Source: Ruditapes philippinarum (lineage: Eukaryota). From it: DNA of 64,000 bases. The notes under the pieces were generated by a model. That model saw only the letters and a list, made by a program, of their open reading frames with translations. It was not told the origin of the DNA and ran no database searches. The translations under genes were made by a program, and so were the position numbers. The DNA lies in the NCBI RefSeq assembly GCF_026571515.1, contig NW_026864322.1, positions 1 through 64,000 on the forward strand. Direction: 5' to 3'. This document shows, one piece after another, positions 38,843 through 50,554 of the stretch (position 1 is the first letter of the stretch; every line of letters begins with the position of its first letter).

Positions 38843-39050
38843 ATGACTTTAAACCACTTGCCCTATCAGCTCTGTGGGTTCGAATCCTGCCCCTGGGACT
38901 TAAGATTTTTTCTTGAGAGAAAGCTATCCGCTTACATATTACAAAATATCGTAGGTTCTACGCAGGTATCCGTTCCTCCATCAGATAAAACTCGCCATAT
39001 AACATTTACACAGTAGTGCGTGAGGACATCTAACTCGACTAAACCATTAA
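38843..39050 (+). mobile_element. Degraded tRNA-derived SINE (same family as 50867-51135)
   Basis: AAACCACTTGCCC...TGTGGGTTCGAATCC...GGGACTT...AAGCTATCC. Confidence 0.7.
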
Positions 39051-39053
39051 GAT

Positions 39054-39375
39054 GGTGTCAGTCCGACTAGCTAACAATCTGTTAGAGCGCGAAGAACTTG
39101 TAATCTCGACATTGTGGGATTCGATTCTCGGGCTTACCAACTAAAATTACAAAGCAGTCTGTTGGATGAGACTTTTAAATCGAGGTCCCGTGTATGAGTG
39201 TTTAAACATTTGGCACGTTAAAGGACCAGGAGGAATGTTCCTGGAAATTTGGGGCATATGTCTGTAATTTGTAATCTTGGCACTATCCTCCAAAATATAA
39301 ATATCTTACATCTTCTGGAGGACTCGCCAATATGGTGACCGGTGGCGAGTATAAATAAACTCAAATACACACACA
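39054..39375 (+). mobile_element. tRNA-derived SINE with Nin/Deu-domain-like core
   Basis: tRNA-like head (TAGCT...TAGAGCG...CTTGTAAT...GATTCGATTC), core GGATGAGACTTTTAAATCGAGGTCCCGT and a (CA)n tail. A near-identical copy lies at 54651-54960. Confidence 0.75.
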
Positions 39376-39627
39376 TTAAAAAATGATTTGCAGTGGTCGT
39401 GTGTGAAAGTGACGATAAACGCGTTTTCAAAGAGAATCAACAATTGTTTCTGACATGAAGACATCGGAAAAGTGATTTGTATCAGTTTGATGTCAGTCTG
39501 AACCAATAACGTGTGTGCAAATTTTCAGATCATTCGCCTTCGTAGTTTTTTTCCATGTAATGATTTACATGAATTAAAGTGAACCAAAACTGAAAAGCGT
39601 TTTAACGCCTTTAACTCAATCCGTTAA

Positions 39628-42600
39628 AGGTACTCCACTGAGGTACGGCCGATGTCACAAAAAAAGTAAAATTTCACAAAACCGATAATTTTTTGTTTAC
39701 CTGCGTGTTAGGGACATTGAAACAGAATCAGTGATACATTGATATGTGTTCTTTGGATTGGCAAATCGTTTTGAAATACACATTTTCTCCAATTTTTGTG
39801 GGAAAAGCGTTTAAACACCTTTCAGTTTGCAAATCTGAATAAAAACAAACGGTCACGTGATGATTCTCGGGATGACTAAAAAAGCGAAGCGGAGAATTTT
39901 TTGTGTATCGACAGCAACGAAAGTGCCGGAAAGTGGAATATACCAAACAATCCATAAATTTAAAAGCAAATTATGGGTTTGTTTGTTAAATTTCTTGTTG
40001 TTCACATATGTTCTTGTGAGAAAAAAATTCTTTCAAAAGCAATTTCAATATATTTAAAAGCATTGCATTGTTGTAATCATGTTTTTTTCTCCATTACAAT
40101 GATGAATTAGATAAAGTACGGAGTTGGAAACTGACATACACAAATTTTACAAAATATTCTATGTTAATTTGAGAGCTTTTCGTGTAATTCTTAGATATTG
40201 TGTATTAACTTTGTAATGGTTAAAATATCATAATATCTAGGCTAAGAAATTTATTTGTAATAGTGAAAAGGGCCCTATTTAAAGGTATTTTTTTTATTGT
40301 ATTTTAAAAAAAAAAATTGTAATATTTTAAAAAAAGAAATGAATTGAGTTTTGTAAGATAAAAAAAAGAATAGAATGTTTTCTAGAGATTTTTTGTTTAA
40401 TCTGATAAAGATGAAAGATGGTAAATAGGAATGAAAGGTTTATAGGAATTTAGGTTAATTTTAAAAGTTTATATTTTAATGTATGTCTATTGATATAATT
40501 AAAATTTATAAAAAAAAATGATTTTTGAAGAAAAAGATCTGAATTTAAATTATAATTTTAATAATATTGCATATTTATGGATTGGATGTAAATTTGTTGA
40601 TAGAAGTTTATCGTTTTTGATTAGAATTAAAATAAGGTAATTGATACCCTGTTTATCCCAAATGGTAAACATTATCAAGAAGGTGGAAAAGAGTTAAATT
40701 GGTTTTTAATATTTTTATTATTTATTATTGATTTAGCAGATCCCCTGAAGATTTTTTTTTATTGGAAGGTTTGTTTATGATGGGTAAATTGAGTGTGTAA
40801 AATTTTTTAAATATTGAAGCCCCCGGGGGAAAAGAAATGTAGAGGTTTTAATAGAAAAAAAGGGAAAAAGGGAATAAAGAAAACAAGGGAGGAAGTTAAG
40901 AAGGGCCCCGAAAAGTAAGTTTAAGCGGGTTATTGGTGATAGTAAAATTAAATTAAAATGATTATATAGTTGTTGTTTTTAAAAAATAAATTTTTAAAAT
41001 TAAAAAAAAAAAAAATAATGATATTGAAGAAAATGTGAAGGGAGGTAAGTAAAGGTAATTTAAGAATTCATAAAATATTATTAATAATAAAAAAATTATT
41101 AAAAATATTTTTTTAAAATACTTAAAAAACCCCTAGAGGATAAAACCCGGGGGAAAGGGAATAAAATTATTTAACATTGTTTTACCCCTTTAGTGTTTTA
41201 TAGGGAATATTTGTTAATATTTTTGAAAAATTTTTGATAAAAAAAGGTGGGTTATTTGATTTTTGGAAAAAAGAGTGATGGTTTAAAAAATGAAGGTTTT
41301 AAATATTGATTGGTGATTTTTTGATAAATAAGTTGGGAAAAGGAAACTGTTTTTTCCTTTATAGATAAAATTATTTTTTATTTTGTTCTTTTTTTTTGTT
41401 TTCATTTTTTGTTTAGTTTTTATTTCCCATTGAAAGCCTAAAATTTAATTTTTTATTGATAATTTAGTGGGGTTTTTTGTGATGTTGGTGTGTAGTTTTT
41501 GATTTTTGAATGTTATATTCCTTTTTGTATTTTGATGAAGAAGGAAATAAAAAGTAAAGTAATTTGAAAAGCGGTTTAAATTTAAAACAAGAAATGTTTA
41601 AAAAAGTGAAAATAGCGTTTTTAAAAGAAAAAATATTTATTTTGTTATAAGAACCCAAAAATTAAAGTTTAAATTTTAAAAAGTAGTTTGGGTTTATAAA
41701 ATTGTCAATGAATGATATTCAAAATTAAGGGGATGAATATCATTTTAATAATGAAAATGTATTTTAAGGAGTAAAAGAGGTATTTCACAAAAAAATTGAT
41801 GTGAGTAGTGGAAATAATAAGTCGGTTTTTGGGAGAAATTTTTGTTAAAAATTACTTAATAATGTTAAAAAAGGTTTTTTGAAAAAAAAATAAAAATTAA
41901 AAAGGGATTAAAAGAAATGAATGAAAAATCAAAATTTTAGTATTATTGTTTTTTATTGGGAAAATTGTATATATTTCTGTGGTGGGGGGTAAGCGTTGTT
42001 TAGTGTGTTGGGGTTTTAAAAAAAATTAAGGAAATTTTTTTTTTATAAAGTTTTTTTTTAAGGAAATAAGAGATATGAAAAGGGTAAAAGTTGGTTAAAA
42101 AAAATAAAATAAATTTTTTTTGATGCAACTCTAGTCATGCAAAATTCCATATGTATCAAACTCTGGTACCAAGCAAGAAGAATTATAGTACATAAATATA
42201 AACTTATACAGGAAAATAATACAGTTATACAGTGCGATTTAGATTGCAAAGATCAGAAAATACCACAGAGCTTACAGCCTTTTGATTTATCTTGTTTTTC
42301 GTATGTATGTTCTGGAGATTAGGTGGGTTGTTCTCGTAATACTTTAAGATTTATAAGATTGTGTATTAAAAGCTTTTGTTAATTGTTTCGGAAATACTGG
42401 ATATCGTTTTGAAAATTTATAGAGCTACTAAAGTATTTTAAACCCATGAACGAAACATTTCACAGTAAGTATTTCGGTTATAGTGATTATACCGTAATCA
42501 AACGTTAAAGGTCTCCTAAGAAATGTACTTTGGAATTAAATACTAAGTGTAAGCACTAGAACATAAACCACAAGATTGCTTGCAAAATCTTTATCGTCAG

Positions 42601-44219
42601 GAAAAAATGGTTCACAAAACATGATTTTTCACAGTCATGATCAAATGAACAGACTGTCATTTTCTTCCTGTTACCGAAAGATACGAACAGACTGTCATTT
42701 TTAACATGTTACCGAAAAATACACACAAGGAAGATTTCAAATAGAAGACACGTCACTGACAGAATGTTCTTAATATTTGAATAGAAAACAATTTGCTAAA
42801 GCCAATTTATGAAAGAAAAATCTGGGATGCCACTTATAAAATTATTTGCCCATAAAAGAGGGTTTATTTTACTCGTTTAGATTATTTTCAAGAACAAAGT
42901 CTCAAAAAGCAAAGATTAGCTGATATCAAAATGTAAACCGCGACATATAAAACTTATTTACCTGTGAAACTAGAGTGAAAATGTGTTAGTTTATCAGGTT
43001 TTGTCTTCAGTGCCTTCAGCACTTTGATCTTATATGTAGTACAAGAAAACTATATCGTTTTCACCGAAAAATTATCAAATTCTAAACAAGTTTCTAATAG
43101 AATCATAAACATTTATTGTATCATAGTTTGAAGACATTTCTGTTGAAAACGTGTCAGAGTTAAATCGCATTCATATACATGCACAGTGCGTAACTGGAGT
43201 GCAGGTAAAAGTCCCCAACACTCCAGAGCATGTCCATTGATGTACTCATTCCTTTTTTTTTTGGGGGGGGGGGGGTGCTTTTTGTGGAATAACGATAGAA
43301 ATGCCACATTCAGAAGCTGGTTCATAGGTTTTTCTGGGGTTTCATATTGTTACAACAGGGAACGTGCATTCAATTTGGCCTATGGTATGAATAAGATGTA
43401 ATTGTGTGTGGAACGTGTATGTACGATCCTATCAAGATAGCCTACGAAACGTCACTCATTACATACACAGATGCCCGTTTGCGCCAGAAACAATTTTGCA
43501 AGGGCGCACATGAGTTCTTACTCCACCAGTAAAACTGAAGAGTCGCCAAAATGACCTACACAGTTTTGTATTACGTAACCCCCACTTCATTCCAAAAACA
43601 ATCAAATCAAATGAGACATGTCATTAACTGTATTTGATTTAAATAGATAGCGTTAAATACATTTATTAGTGTGATTACACTGTGCTCGTTATAGTATAAA
43701 TATTACCGATGCATTATGTTTGCCTTAGAATATTGAAATTGAAACTGAAATGTCAATGAAAATAATTGTACATGTATATTATATCTTTCCGTTTTGTCTA
43801 GAAAATGTCCGCTTCGCTGGCGTTTGATTTTTCAAGACAACGAAATTGCTACCTTGATTATCTTTTATACAGTTTTTCTTCGTTATACTCAAGTTATATA
43901 AACATGATAGGTTACAGTGTTGAGAAAAAAATCAATAGAATTTTTTACCCCCGTTTACTCTGTTGTTCCAAAAATGTCCGTTGCGTATTTTAGTCATACT
44001 CGATGAATTGTGGGTAACTTCTGTACATGCCTGGGAAAACCAACTTTCATTTTTGCATCAAAAGCTAATGTGAAAATGCATTTTCTAGCATACTTGTTGT
44101 TAGAGGGTTGGTTTAAGTGTAAGTTATTGTTATTTTAGTTATAATATTGTGATTTGTGAGGAAATTTGTTTACATTTTTTTGGACACCAAATTACCTGTC
44201 AGACCTCAGTGTAGCCCCT
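39628..44219. mobile_element. 4.6-kb Kolobok-like DNA transposon
   Basis: TTAA TSDs at 39624-39627 and 44220-44223; TIR AGGTACTCCACTGAGGT vs AGGGGCTACACTGAGGT (reverse complement). The empty site is present in the duplicated segment at about 55200-55230. Confidence 0.8.
43410..43600 (+). mobile_element. Degraded SINE 3' part (family of 50867-51135) nested in the Kolobok-like element
   Basis: TGCCCGTTTGCGCCAGAAACAAT...CTCCACCAGTAAAACTGAAG matches 51015-51090. Confidence 0.6.
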
Positions 44220-44452
44220 TTAAACATTAGCTCGAAATATCGATTTTTAAATTTAGTTTTAATTTTCAATTTTTTTTATTATGTTTCATATTTTCCAATT
44301 TCAAGTTACACAGATGATATTTATGTTAGAATTTCAAATTGATATCTTGAGGCTTTTGGACCTTAGTTGGGAAGATTATATAAGTGCAGTCTATCTCATA
44401 CATATAGCCCACTTATGGACCTTAGTACACACAATCTATTTAATACATATAC

Positions 44453-44513
44453 ATGTTGTTCAGATGTACAACAATAAATTACACTTACATATATGTCATG
44501 TAACGTCAATTCG
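44453..44513 (+). pseudogene. Putative exon 1 of lectin 4, with an in-frame TAA
   Basis: ATG at 44453, 61 nt to a GTGAG donor at 44514 (phase 1, as exon 2 requires), and TATATAA about 75 nt upstream. It reads MLFRCTTINYTYIYVM*RQF. Confidence 0.4.
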
Positions 44514-44989
44514 GTGAGAGATAATGAAAATAGATAATGATTTATGTCAAAGCAGATAAAACTTCCAAATAACACACTTTACAAGATACTTAAGAATTTA
44601 CTTAAAAAATGAAGTTTGAATCCATATTAATTTCGTTCATTTTCATAGGGACTGGCAAGTATAAACTTTCTTCACTAGATTACATATTTCACATAAAATT
44701 GTTAAAAGAAAACGACTAAAATAAGTGGTATGCTATGATAAAAAATTGTATTTATGGAATATATGTGAGACACTTTTTTTGTTTTCTTCTCTGTCTTTTA
44801 TGAGAGTCTCAGATTTTAACAGTTTCATCCTGTTTTCAAGTTTTGAATTGTCGGACAATCTAAATAAATTGTACATGTTAGTGATGATTGATATCAAGTT
44901 TGTCAAAAAATGTATATATGTTAGACAATAAACAACCAAGCTTTGGTCTTTAGTGTCTGAAGGAAAGCCATAACAGAGTGTTGCTTTAG

Positions 44990-46980
44990 TTATATTTATC
45001 ACTCCATTTTTAGTACAAATTTTTAACAAAATATATAGTGAAGGTGTTTATCCTTTAAGTTGGACAAAGGGCATCATCGTTCCTATTCATAAAAAGGGGG
45101 ATAAGAGTGATCCCAATAATTATCGAGGAATTGCACTTATCAGTACCATGGCTAAACTATTTTCTTTATGTTTAAGAAATCGATTAGACAAGTGGTGTGA
45201 AAATACATCAGTTTTTAATGATATGCAATTCGGATTTCGTTGCAACAGAAGCACGGTAGATTGCGTTTATATTCTGCATAGCTTAATTCAAAAATTGCTG
45301 TCAGAAAATAAATCTCTTTATTGTGCTTTTATTGATTACGAAAAAGCATTCGATACGGTTGTTCGAGATGCACTGTGGTACAAGTTATTTGAAATTGGTG
45401 TTAGCAGCAAAATGGTGAATATGTTAAAGGCTATATATTACAGAGTCTCAGCTTGTGTTAAGACACATACAAACTTATCTGATTTTTTTGATGTTTCGCT
45501 TGGATTAAAGCAAGGGGAACCACTCTCGCCCATACTTTTTATATTGTTCGTGAATGATGTTACCGTAAACCTTGATTTTAATGCGCTGTCAGAAGCGGAT
45601 TTAAATTATCTGAATATTTATATGTTACTATTTGCAGACGATATGGTGGTATTTACTACAAATGCACAAAGTCTCCAAGCGCAGCTAGATAGTTTATACG
45701 TATATTCTGTTAAATGGAGTCTGAAAATAAATGTTAAGAAAACAAATATTTGTGTATTTAGAAAAAGAAAAACAAAAATTGATAATAATTGGTTTATTAA
45801 TGGTGAGAAAATAGAAGTTGTAGAAACATTTTGTTACCTTGGAGTTAACTTTAAGTATAATGGGTCTATGAATGATGCAATGAAATCTTTATCAGAGCAC
45901 GCATTAAAAGCTGTAAACAGCCTGTATTCAATCTTCTCAAGAATAAAGTTTGATGTTAAGACTAAACTGTTGCTGTTTGACAGGATGGTAGAACCAATAC
46001 TACTATATTGTGCTGAAGTTTTTGGTATTTACAATACAGATGTTCTAGATAGAATTCAAAAGAAGTTATGTAAAAAGATTCTAGGTGTTAAAATGTCTAC
46101 ACCAAATATGGCTGTACTTGGAGAATTGGGAAGATATCCGATATCTATCTTATGTAAAGAGAGAGTTTTGAACTATTGGGTGAAATTAAACAGAAATAAA
46201 AGTTCGCTTATTTATAACATTTTTCAACTGCAATATCAAGAAATATACAATCAAAATTGCATATTATGGGCAAAACATGTTAAATCTCTTCTAGATTCTC
46301 TCGGGTACGGCTATATTTGGTACAATTTCAACGATGATATTTCTATGAGTATCTTAAAGTGCAGATTAAGAGATCAGTTTAAACAAGAATGGAGTGGTTC
46401 TATTCGTAGTATGTCTAAACTTGATTATTATGTGAAATTTAAGGAAGAATTTGGTTATGAAAAATATCTTGATTTTATTGAAAATGACTATTTGAGAAAA
46501 CTATTTACATGTTTCAGATTATCAGCGCACTCGCTAGCTATCGAAACTGGGAGATTAGAGGAACTGATAGAATAAATAGAATTTGTAGATATTGCAATTG
46601 TAATGTCATTGAGTCAGAGTACCACTTTCTTATGACCTGTCAAAAATATTCAAATATTCGTACCAAATACATGCCACATATTTCGTGGCCAAATCTTAAT
46701 TTGTTCAACCGTATGATGGGTTCAAATAAAAAGAAAACTGTATTGAATATGTGTAAATATCTTAAAGAAGCATATACTGTTAGAAACGATGTCTTATAAA
46801 TGTACACTTTTTCTGATCACTATGAATATATATGTATATGTGTTGATAAATATTGTTTCATATAAAATTGATTTATATGTTTGTATATATGATCAATATT
46901 TGAAGTATTTTTTCTGTTCATTAGCCAAAGGCAAGTTTTTGTCGATATTTGCTAATAAAAGTTGTTGTTGTTGTTGTTTA
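44990..46980 (+). mobile_element. 5'-truncated non-LTR retrotransposon (CR1 group, Zenon-like) with reverse transcriptase
   Basis: ORF 45148-46575 has QFGFR, FIDYEKAFD, GLKQGEPLSP, LLFADD and YLG. Upstream is IVPIHKKGDKSDPNNYRGI; a frameshift leads into CRYCNC...EYHFLMTC. AATAAA and a (GTT)n tail lie at 46954-46978. Confidence 0.95.
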
Positions 46981-46984
46981 TATT

Positions 46985-49900
46985 AGACAGTGTAATTTGG
47001 TATAAAATATTGTCATTATAGCTAATGTTTTTATACTCAATTTCATTACAATAAGATATTAGTATTATTATAGTATTATGGTAATGCAAAGTGACATTTT
47101 ATTTATAGGATTTTTTTATTGATGATATTAGATAGCGTTATCATAGTTAAAAGATATTTGATAATGTTACTGCTGTTATAAGATATTGGATAGTCTTCTT
47201 ATCGTTGTAAGACAGTAGATAGTTATTAATTTTAAATACTAGCTAGTGTAATTATAGTAAGAGGATACTAGAAAGTGTAATCATAAGTAAAAGATAATGT
47301 ATGATTCAATACTATTTCTGAGACAGTGTTTTCGTTTCGTCTCTGTTTAAAAGTTCATCTTCTATCTTATTTTGAGAGAGCTTAAATTGTTTTCTTCAAT
47401 GGAAAATTGGAAAATAAATATTTCGAATCAAATCTGGATCACTTTGTACAGTACGCCGAGCTATGGTACAATTTCACTTAAACGGCACCTGTTTATCCGG
47501 GCTATATTTAGCTCCCGCCAAATACGTTATTATGTGATCAGCGAAATGTAAACAATGGTTATTGGAAACAATATCATCGGTCTTGAAAATGAACATATAT
47601 CATTAAAGTAAGTTGACGCCAATTATATTTTTAATCTACAATAATGAACATGTTGCAAATAGGATTAGCATGATAATTTAAAATTCTAAATGGACACGCC
47701 ACAATAAAAAGCCTTAGTAAAAGCAGGATAAATAGGTGCGGTTTAGGTCATTTAAAAAAGAAATTATGTGCATTGTTGTAAAATGTTATCTTGTAAGAAA
47801 TAAATGTGTTTTAAAACAAATTAAATCACAAATTCATATTTCTAGTGACTAGTGCTGAAGTACAAAAGAACAGTGTATACTATGTTAGTATGTACTGTAG
47901 AGGGAGGGGGTCAGTGTAAATCGATACTGTATGTGAAATGCTAATTTTGAATTTTTATAAAAAAATACATGGATATACAATGAAATTTGATTTATTTTCC
48001 CTATTCATAAAAAGAAACTTTCAATTTTACCTGTTTAATGGCATATTTTGTTTGTTGACAAAGACAACTTGAGAACGGTACGGATTTTAGCTATTAACGT
48101 GGTCACGTGACTTCGACGGAAGTAAACTGCACCAGAATAATGTAAATAAACGAACCTGTGACCTAAATTGGATATTCTAGTAAACATTTTCAGATTTTCA
48201 AATAGAAATACTATTTTACGCCGAGCATTGGTATACGCCGAGCATTGGTCCACCCTCTCTAGTTATAGAATAATATAGTTTTATTTTAGTTATACGAGAT
48301 TGTTATTATAGTTATAGAATATTATAATAGTTTTCTTTTAGTTGTAACAGATTGTTATTAAAATTTATAGAACATTGCAGTTTTCTAGCATTTATAAGAG
48401 AATTTTATTATAGTTAAATGATATTATAGTTTTCTTTTAGTTATAAACAGAACAGAACATAGGTTTATTAATAAATCGTATGCGAACAGCATATTGATTA
48501 AACAATAATATTTTACATGCATGCATAAAAGTATGTAATGAGAGCATATACAATAATGAATCAATGTATCAAAGATAAATACAAAGTCTACATATTTTCG
48601 ATAGATTTGAGATATTCGGCTTTGCTATTTCTGACCATTCATATACAATTATGATAACGAAAATGTCAAAACTTGGTAATTGTTATTTCATATGACACAG
48701 TATTTAAGTTAAGTATTTTAATTAACTATTTGTATTTAAGAGAGTCTTTCTTTCTTCAAATGCTTTGATTAGATATTTTGCCAGTCTGTATAAAATTTGC
48801 ACATCACTGGATGATAATAAATCAATGAATTTAATCATATTTGGCCTTGTTCTGTACCAATGTGGTATGTACTGTCTTCTAATGTTATTATACACCGGAC
48901 ATTCTAATATGAAGTGGAATTCATCTTCTATTGTTCGTTGAAGACATAATTTACACATACGCTCGTTCCTAGGAATGTTCCTATGCCTACCTTGTTCAAT
49001 TTCAAGGCAATGAGAGGACAAACGTATTTTTGTTATTACATTTCTATATTTCTTATTTTCCATCAATGTTAAATAATCTGCCATTCCAAAGTTTTGTTTA
49101 ATACTATTAAATAACATGATACTTGGGCTACTTCGCGTACACACTCTCCATTCACTAACATATATGTCATAACATCTTCGTTTGAATATTGGTATAAACG
49201 CGTTAATATCTACCGAACGTGGATATAGCCATACTTCCCAAAGCCACATACATCAAGTAGTTTCTTCACTTTTGAGGCCCAGTTTTGCAGTCCATTTTCA
49301 GCTGTTTGTAACATAGATTCGTACACATTCCATATTTATACAGTTCCGTTGTCCGTTGTGTAAAAGTTTCAACCAAAATTTTACAATTCGAACTTTTCTG
49401 TTAAGAACTAGTGGATGTCTACCCGTTTCACCGTATATGCCATGGCTACTTGTCGATAGTTTCACATTTAGGACTCGCTTAATGAATTTTCGGTGTACAC
49501 GTTCTATTACTTCTGCGGATGAAAAACCCCATATTTCAGCACTATAACAAAGAATAGAAGTAACATATGCGTCGAATAGGTTGAATTTTATCTTAACTGG
49601 CATTTCTATGTCTTTTGTTACCGATAGTAAATTGTTCATGGATTTTATAGCCTTTGATGCAAGGGCATCAATGCCCCGTTTCGCCGAACCATTACTGCTT
49701 AGTACGTAGCCCAGATAGTTGAAAGATTCGACGATAAGATAGTATTATTATAGTTATAGAATATAAGACAGTGTTTTATTATAGTTATAGGATATAAGAT
49801 AGTGTAATGATGTACATGTATTTAAGGGATATGAGATAGTAGTATCATAGTTATAAGACGTTAGAAAGTATGGAATTATAGTTATAAGATATACGATTGT

Positions 49901-50370
49901 GTAATTATAGGTATAATAGAGAGTGTTAGTATGGCTATAAAATATTAGTTGTTGTTATTACAGTTTTGGGATATTGGAAAATGTAATTATACGTGTAGTT
50001 AAAAGACATGAGATAGTGTAATACGAATATAAGATGGTGTTCTTATAGTTATAAGGGATAGAGTTATAATGTTTATAAGGTATTAAGAAATGTTATTATA
50101 AATATAATATATAAAAAAGTGTTATCATGGTTATAAGATATAAGTTAGTGTTTTTATAGCTGTAGGATATTAGATAGTTTTATAATACTGGTCTAAAGAT
50201 ATTATGAAACATAAGATAGATTGATTATAGCTTGAATATATAATATAGTGTGATATTATAGTTATAAGATAATATATAGTGTTATTATTGTTATAGCATA
50301 TAAAGTAGTGTTATTATAGTTGTAAGATATCAGATAATGTCATTATAGCTATAAGATATTAGATAGTCTT
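46985..50370. repeat. Degenerate ~29-30-bp minisatellite (TATTATAGTTATAAGATATTAGATAGTGT-like) in three blocks split by insertions
   Basis: Blocks at about 46985-47300, 48260-48445 and 49735-50370. Confidence 0.7.
48445..49735 (-). mobile_element. 5'-truncated non-LTR retrotransposon (CR1 group), frameshifted
   Basis: VESFNYLG at the 5' end; ORFs 49298-49639 (ILCYSAEIWG, YGETGRHPL) and 48722-49249 (RLSSHCLEIEQGRH, EDEFHFILECP). AATAAA and a (GTTCT)n tail on the - strand near 48445-48470. Confidence 0.92.
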
Positions 50371-50554
50371 GTACAGAATAGAAAACTGTTAAATACTCAT
50401 GCACTTCTAATTGATAAACAAGTTAACCATGTGAATTGATTTAACTTTGATAATAATGCCAAACTTTGATAGTACTAGAGTATACAGACAGAAAATATTG
50501 TGAAAATGTAGAAAGCGTTGGATGCTATTCAACAAAGATGTAACAATATTTTAG

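Noticed and set aside
39054-39140. tRNA-Thr(TGT)-like gene (also at 54651, 33430 and 50867)
   Set aside because: The cloverleafs are imperfect and are followed by shared SINE bodies and tails, so these are SINE heads rather than tRNA genes.
44733-45029. Antisense ORF abutting the LINE 5' end (possible twin-priming inversion or an L1/Tx1 C-terminus)
   Set aside because: I could not recognise a convincing endonuclease or RT motif; BLASTX would be needed.
47898-48261. Possible Sola-like element with GAG termini
   Set aside because: The inverted repeats are too degenerate to support a call.
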